Assembly (NCBI GenBank): GCA_963814305.1
Contig: CAWFCI010000028.1
Coordinates: forward strand, 160,288-224,287
Direction of reading: 5' to 3'
DNA: 64,000 bases
Source: an uncultured Alphaproteobacteria bacterium
GTDB lineage: Bacteria; Pseudomonadota; Alphaproteobacteria; Sphingomonadales; Sphingomonadaceae
Position numbers and translations under genes: made by a program. Under the pieces are notes generated by a model, which searched no databases, had not been told where the DNA came from, and saw only the letters and a program-made list of their open reading frames with translations. Of the stretch, positions 1-10,020 are shown piece after piece. The first letter of the stretch is position 1. The number at the start of each line of letters is the position of its first letter.

Positions 1-163
1 AAAACGGTTGAAGGTAAAGGCGCAGCGGATATCCTCGACACCGATATCGAGGGCTGCGCTCGCTCCGTTCGACCTCAAGAACCAGCTCAGTTCGAACCGC
101 ACGCAAGGCATTCCCAACATGATCGCTTTAATCCGCGAAACCGCCGCGCGTTACGCGGATTAA
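1..163 (+). CDS. sufE: SufE family Fe-S assembly protein, 3' part (frameshift near 52)
   Basis: Manual translation gives KTVEGKGAADILDTDIE/AALAPFDLKNQLSSNRTQGIPNMIALIRETAARYAD*, matching the SufE C-terminal LS..R..G pattern. Confidence 0.7.
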   Translation, partial: KRLKVKAQRISSTPISRAALAPFDLKNQLSSNRTQGIPNMIALIRETAARYAD

Positions 164-693
164 CCCTTCCACTCGCGCCGTTCTTCGGCCACTCGCAAAA
201 CGTCATAAGCCGCCTGCCCCGCTTGAAACGCCTTCGCAGCATCCTTGTCGCCGGGGTTCACGTCGGGGTGGGTTTCCTTGGCGATTTTGCGCCAGGCTTT
301 TTTCGCGTCGTCGAATGTCGAATCGCTTTCAAGGCCCAATATGTCGAGTGCGTGCATTTCGTCGCGGCTGCGGCTGCCGTCGCCCGATCCGGCCCAGCCA
401 TAATGCGCGGCTTCCTTAAAGCCCGAGGCGTCGCGCCGCTCGTTGGCTTCGCGTTGCTCGGCCTCTTCCTTGGTCAGGCCTTCGAAATAGTCCCAGCCCC
501 GATTATATTCGCCTGCATGTTCTTCGCAGAACATCCAACGGTCGGGATTGTTGGGCGATTTGGGCGCTGGGCAGTTGCCAGCCTTGTTGCAGCCATAGCG
601 GTCGCACAGCCGCACCTGCTGGGCCTCGCTACTGCTGCCATAGCCGCGCCAGCGAGGAAATCCCCAATCATTTTTACCTGTAAAGCGAACCAT
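160..693 (-). CDS. DnaJ-domain protein (C-terminal J domain)
   Basis: HPD motif (KETHPDVNPGD); N-terminal Cys-rich CDRYGC...FCEEH. Confidence 0.85.
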   Translation of the reverse strand: MVRFTGKNDWGFPRWRGYGSSSEAQQVRLCDRYGCNKAGNCPAPKSPNNPDRWMFCEEHAGEYNRGWDYFEGLTKEEAEQREANERRDASGFKEAAHYGWAGSGDGSRSRDEMHALDILGLESDSTFDDAKKAWRKIAKETHPDVNPGDKDAAKAFQAGQAAYDVLRVAEERREWKG

Positions 694-744
694 GCCGCCG
701 ACTTAGCGACGGCACGGACATTTTGCTAGGGCCGTAAACGCAAA

Positions 745-1380
745 TTATGCGCCGGACATTGCTCCCGTCATCATCGCGCTGCCAAAGAACGTCGTGAACA
801 GCAACCCGACGATGATACCCGACACGACGAGCGACAGGACGATGTAAATCAACACGATAACAACCGTGAAACCTGCAACCTTTTCCTGCGGCACGCCAAG
901 GACAGGTTTGAGACCCAGATAGATCAAATAAACCACATAAGCGATGGCAGCGAGCGAGATCAGTCCGCCTAGTATCGGTATCCAGCTAAGCAGACCGGCC
1001 ACCCAGGTAGGCGTCGAGGCATAAGTCATTAGCTTAGTAGACTGCACCATGTCCGATTTGCCGTTGAAGCTCGGCGACACAGCGTTGACGATCATCGACA
1101 TGAGGTAAAGCGTGATAAGCGACAAAACATAACCGATCACCGCCATCCCGGCGACCGCGCTAAAGCCCATTGCCATTGCACCGCCGCCCATGCCGCCCAT
1201 TCCAGCCGCAGACATACCAAGCGCACCTGTGAAGATCACGGCGCCAATCAACGGAATTGCCGCGAGTATCATTGCGTAGCCGGTGAACAATCCGCCTACC
1301 GTGGCCGGCTCTCCAGCAATTACATTCCACTCATCCGATGGCTTCATCAGTATGTTTTTCGCACGATCGACAATAGACAT
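745..1380 (-). CDS. Yip1 family membrane protein
   Basis: MSIVDRAKNILMKPSDEW start, about five hydrophobic helices, YASTPTWVAG motif; RBS upstream. Confidence 0.8.
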   Translation of the reverse strand: MSIVDRAKNILMKPSDEWNVIAGEPATVGGLFTGYAMILAAIPLIGAVIFTGALGMSAAGMGGMGGGAMAMGFSAVAGMAVIGYVLSLITLYLMSMIVNAVSPSFNGKSDMVQSTKLMTYASTPTWVAGLLSWIPILGGLISLAAIAYVVYLIYLGLKPVLGVPQEKVAGFTVVIVLIYIVLSLVVSGIIVGLLFTTFFGSAMMTGAMSGA

Positions 1381-1472
1381 TGTCTTTCCCCCTCTTGAAA
1401 ATGGTGCCTTGGCGCGACAGACACCATAAACGGGGGCATTTGTAAATGTTGACGTGCCGGTAAAGCGGTAAA

Positions 1473-1854
1473 GTGCCAGAGGGTCTGTAAGCCGGGTTTT
1501 GTCCTCCGCCTTCGCTAAAGCTTCGGCGGATGTGCGACCATTCATCTAGGCGGCGCATTGCTGCGCCGCTCATGCAACCAACCCGGGCGACTGGCAGGAG
1601 GATGCCATATGCCGCCCCTATTCGGTTTTGCTCCCGGTGGGGTTTGCCATGCCGTTGCTGTTACCAGCAACGCGGTGCGCTCTTACCGCACCGTTTCGAC
1701 CTTACTGCACCGAAGCGCAGTGGTATGATTTCTGTGGCACTTTCCCTTGAGTTGCCTCAGCCGGGCATTATCCGGCACCGTTCCTCGCTGGAGCCCGGAC
1801 TTTCCTCCCCGACACAGTTACCCGTGAAGCAGCGGTCGCCCGACCCTCTGGTGC
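1473..1854 (-). ncRNA. rnpB: RNase P RNA (class A)
   Basis: Minus strand has GAGGAAAGTCCGGGCTC, GGGAAAGTGCCACAGAAA and ACAAAACCCGGCTTA; P1 helix CCAGAGGGTC/GACCCTCTGG. Confidence 0.95.
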
Positions 1855-1857
1855 CGG

Positions 1858-2551
1858 TCAGATAGCAGGTCCGCTCTCATACTCCAAGAGTAAGCTCAAC
1901 AGAATTGCGCGGCATTCGCCGTCGATGACACCGTCGATATTTTCCTGACGGAAACGGCGCTGGAAAGCGACGACCGCACCCGCGCCCATCGGCGATGCCA
2001 TAGCCATAACGTTCGAGCGCGAGCAAAAACGCCGCATCGGGCCATTCCGGATCAATCAGTTTTTCTTTCGGACGGGGCACTGCAAGTCCAAGCTTTGCCA
2101 GCCGCTCCCAATCGAACAACTCACCCGGATCTTCCTTCCGGGCAGGCGCGATATCGCTGTGACCGACAACATTGCGCGGTTCGATGCTGTAGGTCCGGAC
2201 CAATTCCGCCACCAACCGCGTAACCGAATCCATCTGCGCTTCGGGAAAGGGTCGATAGCCGAACTCGTGGCCGGGATTGACGATTTCGATCCCGATGCTC
2301 GCGCTGTTATTATCGGTGATGCCGCGCCAATACGAAAGTCCCGCATGCTGTGCGCGCTGTTCTTCGCGCACCATGTGCACGACTTGCCCGTCTTCATCGA
2401 CGACATAATGCGCGGAAACCTTGGAGGCGGGATTGGCGAGCCATTCGATTGCTGCGGCGCCAGATGGCATGCCGGTATAATGCAGAACCAGCATAGATAT
2501 CGGCAACGTGCGTTCACCGAAATTGGGCGAAGGGGTCCAGATCATCGTCAT
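1858..2551 (-). CDS. N-acetylmuramoyl-L-alanine amidase (AmpD/AmiD type), frameshift near 1985
   Basis: VLHYTG, SAHY, SIGIEIVN, GHSDIAPARKEDPG motifs; PG-binding tail VAFQRRFRQENIDG lies in the next frame. Confidence 0.9.
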
Positions 2552-2588
2552 CGCCGTTGCATAGGGCTATCCGCATGATACCGCAATA

Positions 2589-3452
2589 TCAGCCGGTTCG
2601 GCGATATTCCAGTGGCTGGATCGCCGCTTTTGCCGAAGCAGGCTGGTAAAAGCCGCGAAATTCCTGGCTCGCCTTAAATCGCTGAGTCTGGCCGATCACT
2701 GTTTCTGCGGCACCCAGCATCAATATGCCATCGTCCGCCAGCAATGGCGCAATGCCGTCGAGCACTTGGCCGCGCTTGTCGTCACTCAGGTACATCAGCA
2801 TGTTCCGGCACAATATAACGTCAAACGTTCCGAAATGGCGCGCACTGTTCAGCATATTATGCTCGGCAAAGGTTACCATCTTGCGCAGATTATCCTTGGC
2901 GATCCATTCTTCGCCTTGCTGTCCGAAATAGCGCAACATCTGCATCACCGGCAGACCGCGCTGGATTTCGAATTGCGAATAGCGCCCTGCCCGCGCCTGC
3001 TGGAGTGCCGAGCCCGACACGTCGGTCGCGTAAATCTGCACATTCCAGCCCCGCCATTTCTCGGCATTCTCGCTGATCGACATCGCCAGCGAATATGGCT
3101 CCTGCCCGGTTGAACAGGCCGCCGACCATATCCGCAACTTTTTTGACGCCATGCGATGTTCGCGCAAGCTGTCGAATACCGGCCCGGTCAGAAGGGCAAA
3201 GTTGGCCTGATCCCGGAAAAAACAGGTTTCGTTGTTCACCATTGCCTCCACGCAGGCGCTTGTCAGCCGGGGGTCGGCATCGATTTCAATGAGCGCGATC
3301 AGGGTATCGAGATCGGGAATGGAGTTTTGCCGCATCAACGGCTTTAGTGCCATGTCGATCCGCCAGTGGCGGTTTGGGAGCAGCGTTTGCCCAGTATGTT
3401 TTTCCAGCAGCGCCGACAGCGCCCGATAGGCCTTTCCTTGCGACTCGCTCAT
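2589..3452 (-). CDS. cheR: Chemotaxis methyltransferase CheR
   Basis: NETCFFRD, IWSAACSTGQEPYS and FDVILCRN motifs. Confidence 0.95.
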   Translation of the reverse strand: MSESQGKAYRALSALLEKHTGQTLLPNRHWRIDMALKPLMRQNSIPDLDTLIALIEIDADPRLTSACVEAMVNNETCFFRDQANFALLTGPVFDSLREHRMASKKLRIWSAACSTGQEPYSLAMSISENAEKWRGWNVQIYATDVSGSALQQARAGRYSQFEIQRGLPVMQMLRYFGQQGEEWIAKDNLRKMVTFAEHNMLNSARHFGTFDVILCRNMLMYLSDDKRGQVLDGIAPLLADDGILMLGAAETVIGQTQRFKASQEFRGFYQPASAKAAIQPLEYRRTG

Positions 3453-4528
3453 GCTGCTTTCGCCAAACGACCGAGCAGTTCGGTCATTTGCACCGGTGCC
3501 AGGATTGCGGTGGCGAAACCCGCGCGCGCAGCCGCGCCGGGCATTCCCCACACCACCGATGACTCCATGTCCTGAACAAGTACCGAACCGCCCGCGTCGG
3601 CAACGCACCGTGCACCGCTCGCGCCGTCATTGCCCATCCCGCTCAGTATGATACCCATGCTGCCAGCGCCGTAAACCTTGGCCAGCGATTCAAACATCGC
3701 GTCGACCGACGGACAATATCGGCTGCTGGAATAATGCGCCAGATGTTCGAGCACGACGCCTTTCCGGTCACGGCGGCAGACAAGGTGCGCATCGCCGGGC
3801 GCGATATATATATGGCCGTTTTTGACCGTCTCGCCGGGTTCTGCAACTTTGACCGTACGTGCTGTCAGTCCGTCCAGTTGCCGCGCGAAAAAGCTCATAA
3901 AGGCTTCCGGCAAATGCTGGGTGATGAAAACGGGACAATCCAGCGCGGGGTCCAGATTGCGCACAATCTCGTAAATCGGCGGGATTCCGCCCGTCGAAGA
4001 GCCTATCGCTATGCACGATGGCCGAACAATCTGTTGATATTCAACCGCAAGTTTGGCGGCATAGGCGGCGTCATTCCGGCCTCGACCTGAACGGCCCAGG
4101 CGGACCACCTTATCAATCAGTATCTCGGAAAAGCGTCCCGAAAAGCCAGAACGCCCCGGCTTCGCAAGCGTATCGCAGGCACCGAGCGAAAGCGCCTGGA
4201 TGGCTGCAGGCCCATTTTCTTCGGCAAATGCGGACACGACCAGGATGCGAGCGCCATTTGCTTTGGCTTGAATATCGGGCAATGCTTCGAGCCCGGACCG
4301 CTTGGGCATTTCGATGTCGAGCAGAATGATATCGACGTCCTTGTCGTCAAGATGCGCCAACGCTGCGTCGCTGTCTTCAGCTTCGCACACGACTTCGATC
4401 TCGTCATTCTTGCCGAGAACCCTGGCGAAAATCGAACGCGCCACGATACTATCATCGACCAACATCACCCGAATGGGCGAGCGCACCATTTCCGGCTTGG
4501 AACCGAGCGAGGACTGGATGGCCGTCAA
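3449..4528 (-). CDS. cheB: Chemotaxis methylesterase CheB (REC + esterase)
   Basis: VDDS/LDIEMP receiver; GSSTGG, QHLP, GMGNDG catalytic motifs. Confidence 0.95.
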   Translation of the reverse strand: MTAIQSSLGSKPEMVRSPIRVMLVDDSIVARSIFARVLGKNDEIEVVCEAEDSDAALAHLDDKDVDIILLDIEMPKRSGLEALPDIQAKANGARILVVSAFAEENGPAAIQALSLGACDTLAKPGRSGFSGRFSEILIDKVVRLGRSGRGRNDAAYAAKLAVEYQQIVRPSCIAIGSSTGGIPPIYEIVRNLDPALDCPVFITQHLPEAFMSFFARQLDGLTARTVKVAEPGETVKNGHIYIAPGDAHLVCRRDRKGVVLEHLAHYSSSRYCPSVDAMFESLAKVYGAGSMGIILSGMGNDGASGARCVADAGGSVLVQDMESSVVWGMPGAAARAGFATAILAPVQMTELLGRLAKAA

Positions 4529-4540
4529 CGCCAGTGCGCC

Positions 4541-4906
4541 TTAAATACAGCCGACGATTTGGAGCTTGGCCTCCAGCGTTTCCCTATCAAACGGCTTCAT
4601 GACATATTCGTCGGCACCCGCATCGATGGCCGCCTGGATATGCGCAATCCCGTTTTCCGTGGTGCAGAAAATGACTTTGGCTGATGGCGAAGCGATGGCA
4701 GAACGATAGGCGCGGAGAAAATCCATCCCGCTCATAATCGGCATGTTCCAGTCGAGCAATATGACATCGGGCGAATTGTCATTGCAGTAATCGAGCGCTT
4801 CCTTGCCGTCGGCTGCTTCTGACACATCGAACTGCATGGTTTCAAGGATATGGCGGGCAACCTTGCGGATCACCTTGCTATCGTCGACAATCAAACAGGA
4901 TTTCAT
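4541..4906 (-). CDS. cheY: CheY response regulator
   Basis: Single receiver domain: VDDS, LDWNMP, KPF. Confidence 0.92.
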   Translation of the reverse strand: MKSCLIVDDSKVIRKVARHILETMQFDVSEAADGKEALDYCNDNSPDVILLDWNMPIMSGMDFLRAYRSAIASPSAKVIFCTTENGIAHIQAAIDAGADEYVMKPFDRETLEAKLQIVGCI

Positions 4907-4956
4907 CTGCTACCCGCCTTTATTTCTGGTCCTTTTTGAAGTTTAGCTTGCGGGCG

Positions 4957-4971
4957 TTATCGACACGTTAA
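4957..4971 (-). promoter_or_regulatory. Putative CtrA box upstream of cheY
   Basis: TTAA-CGTGTCG-ATAA(C) on minus strand; CtrA consensus TTAA-N7-TTAAC. Confidence 0.55.
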
Positions 4972-5002
4972 TTTGGCATGGCTTTGGAAATATAATCCCG
5001 CG

Positions 5003-5437
5003 CTACGCAGCCATTGCCTGTTCGCCTGCAACAAGCTTTGCCGGATCCAGGATCATGACCAAGTCGTCACCGACCGATGCGGTTTCAGAAATAATCGACT
5101 TCCATTGATCCGCCGGGCTGATCGCAGGCTGGATGTCGTCCGCTGATATCGACACGACATCTTCGACGCGATCAACTGCCAGCCCGAAATGATGACCACC
5201 GATTTCGGCAACAACGGCAAGGCAACCCTTCTGCAAAACTCGACGCTCGCCAGTCACGATATACTGGCTATCGATCAGCGTCAGCACACGACTGCGCAGC
5301 GCGAACAGACCGGCAATGCTCGGGTCGGATTGAGGCACCGGAATGATGTCGGGAACATGGACGATCGATTCGACACGCTCACTTTCAATGGCGACCCGGC
5401 AACCGTCTATATGGGCGATGAGATATAAGGCAGTCAT
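5003..5437 (-). CDS. cheW: CheW coupling protein
   Basis: VP...IAGLFALRSRVLTLID and GLAVDRVEDVV motifs. Confidence 0.9.
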   Translation of the reverse strand: MTALYLIAHIDGCRVAIESERVESIVHVPDIIPVPQSDPSIAGLFALRSRVLTLIDSQYIVTGERRVLQKGCLAVVAEIGGHHFGLAVDRVEDVVSISADDIQPAISPADQWKSIISETASVGDDLVMILDPAKLVAGEQAMAA

Positions 5438-5438
5438 G

Positions 5439-7796
5439 TTATGCCACTCCCGACAATTTGTCTTCGATGGCCGATATCAGCCCAATCCGGTCGTAGCGGT
5501 AAATGCTTGAGCGCGTGTCGGCGGTCGAATGGCTGGTATCGCGCAGGGTTAGTATGCGTGCGTCTCCGGATGGCATCGCTTGCTCGCTGTCGCCCCTGTT
5601 CAAGACCACAGATGCCGTTTCCCGGTCTGCCGCTTCGAAGCTCACATTATATCCGGACGCGACAAGTAATGGTGCCAATATCCGTTGTTCCCAAACCGAA
5701 TCGTCATCGCACTGGACGTAGCAAAGCGGTCGCGTGTCCGAACTCCTGGCGCTGCCGCCAGCTTCGAAATATCTAAAAACATTCACAAGCTCGACAGTTT
5801 CGCCAAATGCCGAGACCACGCCTTCGAAAATTTCCGGGCATGCGCTTGGTGCGATTTCTCCATCGAGCGTGAAGATGTCGACGACATCATCAACCGCCAG
5901 ATATTTTGCATCGCTGCCGTCCGTGAGGCGCAGAAGCTTTACCATGCCGTGCTCGGGCACCTCGTCAAGTTCGCAGACGTCGAACAACCGCTCGCCGATT
6001 GACGCACGCATGCGCCCACCGACAAATTTGATTTGGGCGGCGTCAATATCTTCCATCCGGTCGATAACGCTGAGACGTATGGCGCGTTTGATACCGTCCT
6101 TTGAAACGAACAACAGCGCAGAGGGCCGCTTGGCCTGACGACTGTCTTCGACATTGGCATTCGTCGTGGAATGGTTTTCCTTTTGCTCAATGCCCATCGC
6201 CTGACCCAAACCACTAGCATCAAGCAGCAGCATTGGTCGGCCATTGTCGGGCAAAGTCGTGCCAGCAAAAAGCCCGGTCGCCATCACAATGGGCGCGCCG
6301 GGCTTCACAACCAGTTCCTCATTGTCGATGACATTGGCGACATCCAGCACATATATTGTGCCGACCGCTGGACGAACGACGATCAACGTTCTGCTCACAT
6401 GGCCTTGCTCGTCTTCTTCGATGCCGAGTAAACTTTCCAGCTTGGCATAAGGATGTCGCTCGCCTCGAATGAGCGCGACATGCGTTCCGCCCAGCTCCTC
6501 AATTTTCACGTTGCGGTTCGACGATGACAGTATTTCGACAACCGAATTGCGCGAAATACCGAAAATCTGCTCGCCGGCCCGCACCGAAAGGCCGGCAATA
6601 ATCGACAAAGTCAGCGGCAGCCGAAGGGTCATTTTCAAACCTTGGCCTTCGTAGTTTTCAAGATCGACGGTGCCGCCGATCGCCTGAAGGTTGCTTTTGA
6701 CAACGTCCATGCCGACACCGCGACCGGAGATGGAACTTACTTTCTCGGCCGTCGACAGGCCCGGAATGAAAATGGTGTTGAGTTGGGCTTTTTCGCTCAT
6801 CTTCTGCCAGTCGGCAGCGGTGACGATCTTTGCAGCGATTGCGCGCGTCGCAAGCTTGTCCAGATTGATGCCGCAACCGTCATCAATGATTTCGATCAGT
6901 ATCTGGTTACCCGACTGTCGCGCAATAATTCGTATCTGCCCGACCGGGTCCTTGCCGACCGCGCGGCGTTCTTCCGCAGTTTCGATGCCGTGGTCGGCTG
7001 CGTTGCGCAGAATATGGGTCAGCGGGTCGCGCAACGCCTCGACCATCTCGCGGTCGACCTCGACCTCGCTCCCGTCGATGCGCAATTCGATTTCCTTGCC
7101 AAGCTCGATTGAAATGTCACGCAGCAAGCGCGGTAAGGACGAAAATAGCCGGTCGATATTCTGCATCCGCATCATGCCCACCGCATCGCGCATTTCCGCA
7201 ACCGATGCCGAAAGTCGGGAGAAACTGTGTTCGAGTTCGCTGTTGCTCTGGGTCTTTCGCAACTGGCGCGAAACCTCGTTGCGCGCCAGCACCATATCCG
7301 ACACACCGCTCATCAACTTGTCGAGCAGGCCCAGCGAGACGCGGACCGTACGCGCCTTGGTGCGGATACCCGCTTCATCGATCTCGGGATCGAACGCTTC
7401 CGCCTCAGGCGCATCAATTCTCTGCTTGGGCAGGAACGCCAGCATATTATCGATAAGCTCGTCATCATTGTCATAGACGGCTTGCCCGGTTTCCAGCGCG
7501 TCGGTCAAAGCGGCGATGCGGTCGACAACTGCCAGCACCGCAGAAACAAGCCCCGTCGAAGCGCTAACTTGACCGTCGCGCGCGCCGCTCAATATGTCTT
7601 CCGCTGCATGGCTGAGACGCATTAGGCGCGGCAAATCGAGAAAGCCGCAGCTGCCCTTTACCGTGTGAACGAAACGAAAAACGCTGTCGAGCAGCGCCCT
7701 GTCCTGCGGCGTCTGCTCCCATTGGACCAGCTGACCGGCCAAGGTTTCGAGATTATCGCGCGTTTCGGCGATAAAATCGTCTAGCAATTCGTCCAT
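5439..7796 (-). CDS. cheA: Chemotaxis histidine kinase CheA
   Basis: HPT (FRFVHTVKG), HILRNAADHGIE, GRGVGMDVV, CheW-like domains. Confidence 0.95.
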   Translation of the reverse strand: MDELLDDFIAETRDNLETLAGQLVQWEQTPQDRALLDSVFRFVHTVKGSCGFLDLPRLMRLSHAAEDILSGARDGQVSASTGLVSAVLAVVDRIAALTDALETGQAVYDNDDELIDNMLAFLPKQRIDAPEAEAFDPEIDEAGIRTKARTVRVSLGLLDKLMSGVSDMVLARNEVSRQLRKTQSNSELEHSFSRLSASVAEMRDAVGMMRMQNIDRLFSSLPRLLRDISIELGKEIELRIDGSEVEVDREMVEALRDPLTHILRNAADHGIETAEERRAVGKDPVGQIRIIARQSGNQILIEIIDDGCGINLDKLATRAIAAKIVTAADWQKMSEKAQLNTIFIPGLSTAEKVSSISGRGVGMDVVKSNLQAIGGTVDLENYEGQGLKMTLRLPLTLSIIAGLSVRAGEQIFGISRNSVVEILSSSNRNVKIEELGGTHVALIRGERHPYAKLESLLGIEEDEQGHVSRTLIVVRPAVGTIYVLDVANVIDNEELVVKPGAPIVMATGLFAGTTLPDNGRPMLLLDASGLGQAMGIEQKENHSTTNANVEDSRQAKRPSALLFVSKDGIKRAIRLSVIDRMEDIDAAQIKFVGGRMRASIGERLFDVCELDEVPEHGMVKLLRLTDGSDAKYLAVDDVVDIFTLDGEIAPSACPEIFEGVVSAFGETVELVNVFRYFEAGGSARSSDTRPLCYVQCDDDSVWEQRILAPLLVASGYNVSFEAADRETASVVLNRGDSEQAMPSGDARILTLRDTSHSTADTRSSIYRYDRIGLISAIEDKLSGVA

Positions 7797-7841
7797 ATTT
7801 CCGGTCCCGATGTTCGAGACCACGGCTTTGCCGACATATGG

Positions 7842-7856
7842 TTAAAATGCAGTTTA
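7842..7856 (-). promoter_or_regulatory. Putative CtrA box upstream of cheA
   Basis: TAAA-CTGCATT-TTAAC(C) on minus strand. Confidence 0.55.
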
Positions 7857-7879
7857 CATTCGGATGCGCAAACCGCAGC

Positions 7880-8521
7880 TTAGTTGCGGATCAAAGCCCC
7901 GATAACCAGATGCTCGGGGTCGGGTTCGGCCAACTGCACCAGGCCGCCGCCACGCACCGCCAGATTGCGCGCCATCCACGCCGCCGCCGTGCGCGAGTCC
8001 ACCATGGACGCATCCAGATTGCCTGCCAGCGTCGTGCGAATGGCCTCGTCCATGACGATTTTCGGACCGTTTGCACGAATTACAATCTCATGTTCGCCTT
8101 CGCGGCTTTCTGCGCCCACGAAAAGGGTGCCGCCACGAACGAGCGCGTCATTTGCGAGCAACACCAGATTGAGCAGTATCTTGATTGCACGCTTTGGCAT
8201 GAAGACCGCTGGCACCGCCCATTCCAGCGTTGTGCGACCACTTGACGTCACCAATGGTTCGATAACCGCCTTTGCCTCGTTGGGATCGACCTCGCTGCCA
8301 AAGCCGCCCGCCGCGCCGAACGCCAGTCGGAAAAATTTCAGCTTGTCTGCCGCCGACTTGGCACTTTCGGCGAGCAAATCCATGCACCGTTTGCGCATCT
8401 CGGGATCATGCTCGTCGGCCAGCAGTTCAAGCCCATTGTTCATTGCGCCAACCGGGCTCAAAAGGTCATGGCACAGCCGTGAACACAGCAAGCTGGCAAG
8501 ATCGACTTCGGACTCGGTCAT
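7880..8521 (-). CDS. chpT: Histidine phosphotransferase ChpT
   Basis: LASLLCSRLCHDLLSPVGA..NGLELL and KFFRLAFGAAG motifs. Confidence 0.93.
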   Translation of the reverse strand: MTESEVDLASLLCSRLCHDLLSPVGAMNNGLELLADEHDPEMRKRCMDLLAESAKSAADKLKFFRLAFGAAGGFGSEVDPNEAKAVIEPLVTSSGRTTLEWAVPAVFMPKRAIKILLNLVLLANDALVRGGTLFVGAESREGEHEIVIRANGPKIVMDEAIRTTLAGNLDASMVDSRTAAAWMARNLAVRGGGLVQLAEPDPEHLVIGALIRN

Positions 8522-8588
8522 TATCTATTACATTCCCATATTTCTGCGATTGCTGCGCTAATGGACTTAGCCGCCGCCGGATTCAACC

Positions 8589-8990
8589 CTACACAGGCCC
8601 CGATGCCGTGAAAGTGACGCCTTTCGTCGTATCATCGGCAAGGGGCAGCCACGACGTAATTTCGCCATTCGCAATGATGAGCCAGTAGCGCCCATCGGAC
8701 GAAGCTGAAGCTGCGTCATCGGATGATGGCTCGGCACGGCCATTGGGATGTGAATGGAAATAGCCTATTATTGTCGGACCACCCTGTCGTCCCTGCTTTT
8801 CCGCTGCGATCAGCGCCGCCGGATCAATCTCAAAGCTGCGATGCGGGTCAGCCGCGACATTCGCGGTTCGCTCGACGCGCTCGACCTCACAGTCGCGGCC
8901 CAGCAAAAGGCCGCAGCATTCATTTTTGCCAGCCTCTTTAGCCCAATCGAGCAATAGTTGCCGCTGCTGCCTTGATAGTTTCAAACCCAT
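8589..8990 (-). CDS. JAB/MPN (M67) metallopeptidase
   Basis: JAMM motif: ECCGLL...FHSHP...PSSDD. Confidence 0.85.
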   Translation of the reverse strand: MGLKLSRQQRQLLLDWAKEAGKNECCGLLLGRDCEVERVERTANVAADPHRSFEIDPAALIAAEKQGRQGGPTIIGYFHSHPNGRAEPSSDDAASASSDGRYWLIIANGEITSWLPLADDTTKGVTFTASGPV

Positions 8991-9006
8991 CACCCACATC
9001 TAGATA

Positions 9007-9948
9007 ATGGCGGGGGAAAACACCATGATAAGCGGCATACTCGGCGAAGGGCGTCTCGATTCCGCGCTTTCGACGGCGATTCCGCAGTTATCCCGCGCAC
9101 GCATTCAGGCGCTGATCGCGGAAAACGCGCTCATAATCGACGGTGCCGCCGTCACCGATGCCGCGAGCAAACGCCACACTGGAAAGCCATTCGAACTCGC
9201 CATCCCTGCTCCGCGTCCGGACAAGGCCGAGGCGCAGGATATCGCGCTCGACATCCTGTTCGAGGACGAACATTTGATTATTGTCGATAAGCCCGCAGGG
9301 CTGGTCGTGCACCCCGCCGCGGGCCATGCCGATGGCACATTGGTAAACGCCCTGCTCCACCATTGTCACGGCAAATTATCGGGGATCGGCGGCGTCCAGC
9401 GGCCAGGTATTGTGCACCGCATTGACAAGGACACATCCGGTTTGCTGGTCGTTGCCAAAAGCGATGCGGCACATGAGGGCCTCGCCAAGTTGTTCGCATC
9501 GCATGACATCGAACGGCGCTATTTCGCGATTGTGAGCGGCGTCCCTACTCCGCCTGCTGGCACTGTCCGCACGCAGATCGGGCGTTCGACCGTCAATCGC
9601 AAAAAAATGGCTGTTTTGCCTGAGAACAAAGGCAAACATGCCGTTACGCACTATCGCACAGTGGAAAGTTTCGCAAAAACCGCTTTGGTCGAATGCAAGC
9701 TCGAGACCGGCCGTACGCACCAAGTTCGGGTGCACATGGCGCATATCGGACATCCCCTGATAGGCGATGCCACTTATTCTAATCGACAAAACCCTTACAG
9801 AATTGGACCAAATCAGTCCAAATTCGAAAGACAGGCATTGCACGCCGCGTCGCTGGGGTTTATTCATCCTGTATCTGGCGAAACCTTAAGGTTCGAAAGC
9901 AGTTTACCAGAAGATATGCAGCTTCTGTTAAGTCAGCTTAGGGCATAA
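9007..9948 (+). CDS. rluD: 23S rRNA pseudouridine synthase RluD
   Basis: S4 domain, DKPAGLVVHP, HRIDKDTSG, TGRTHQVRVH, ALHA. Confidence 0.92.
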   Translation: MAGENTMISGILGEGRLDSALSTAIPQLSRARIQALIAENALIIDGAAVTDAASKRHTGKPFELAIPAPRPDKAEAQDIALDILFEDEHLIIVDKPAGLVVHPAAGHADGTLVNALLHHCHGKLSGIGGVQRPGIVHRIDKDTSGLLVVAKSDAAHEGLAKLFASHDIERRYFAIVSGVPTPPAGTVRTQIGRSTVNRKKMAVLPENKGKHAVTHYRTVESFAKTALVECKLETGRTHQVRVHMAHIGHPLIGDATYSNRQNPYRIGPNQSKFERQALHAASLGFIHPVSGETLRFESSLPEDMQLLLSQLRA

Positions 9949-10020
9949 GGATCGTCAGGAACCGCTTGTCCATCGGGTGCTTGAAGAGGCCCGGTGGAGA
10001 GCACAAAGAAAGAGGAAAAC

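Noticed and set aside
1331-1865. ORFs 1331-1573 and 1530-1865, and the N-terminal extension of Yip1
   Set aside because: They overlap the RNase P RNA gene
8589-8990. JAB peptidase as part of a CBASS/Bil-type defence system
   Set aside because: No cyclase, E1/E2 or ubiquitin-like gene nearby; core-gene context
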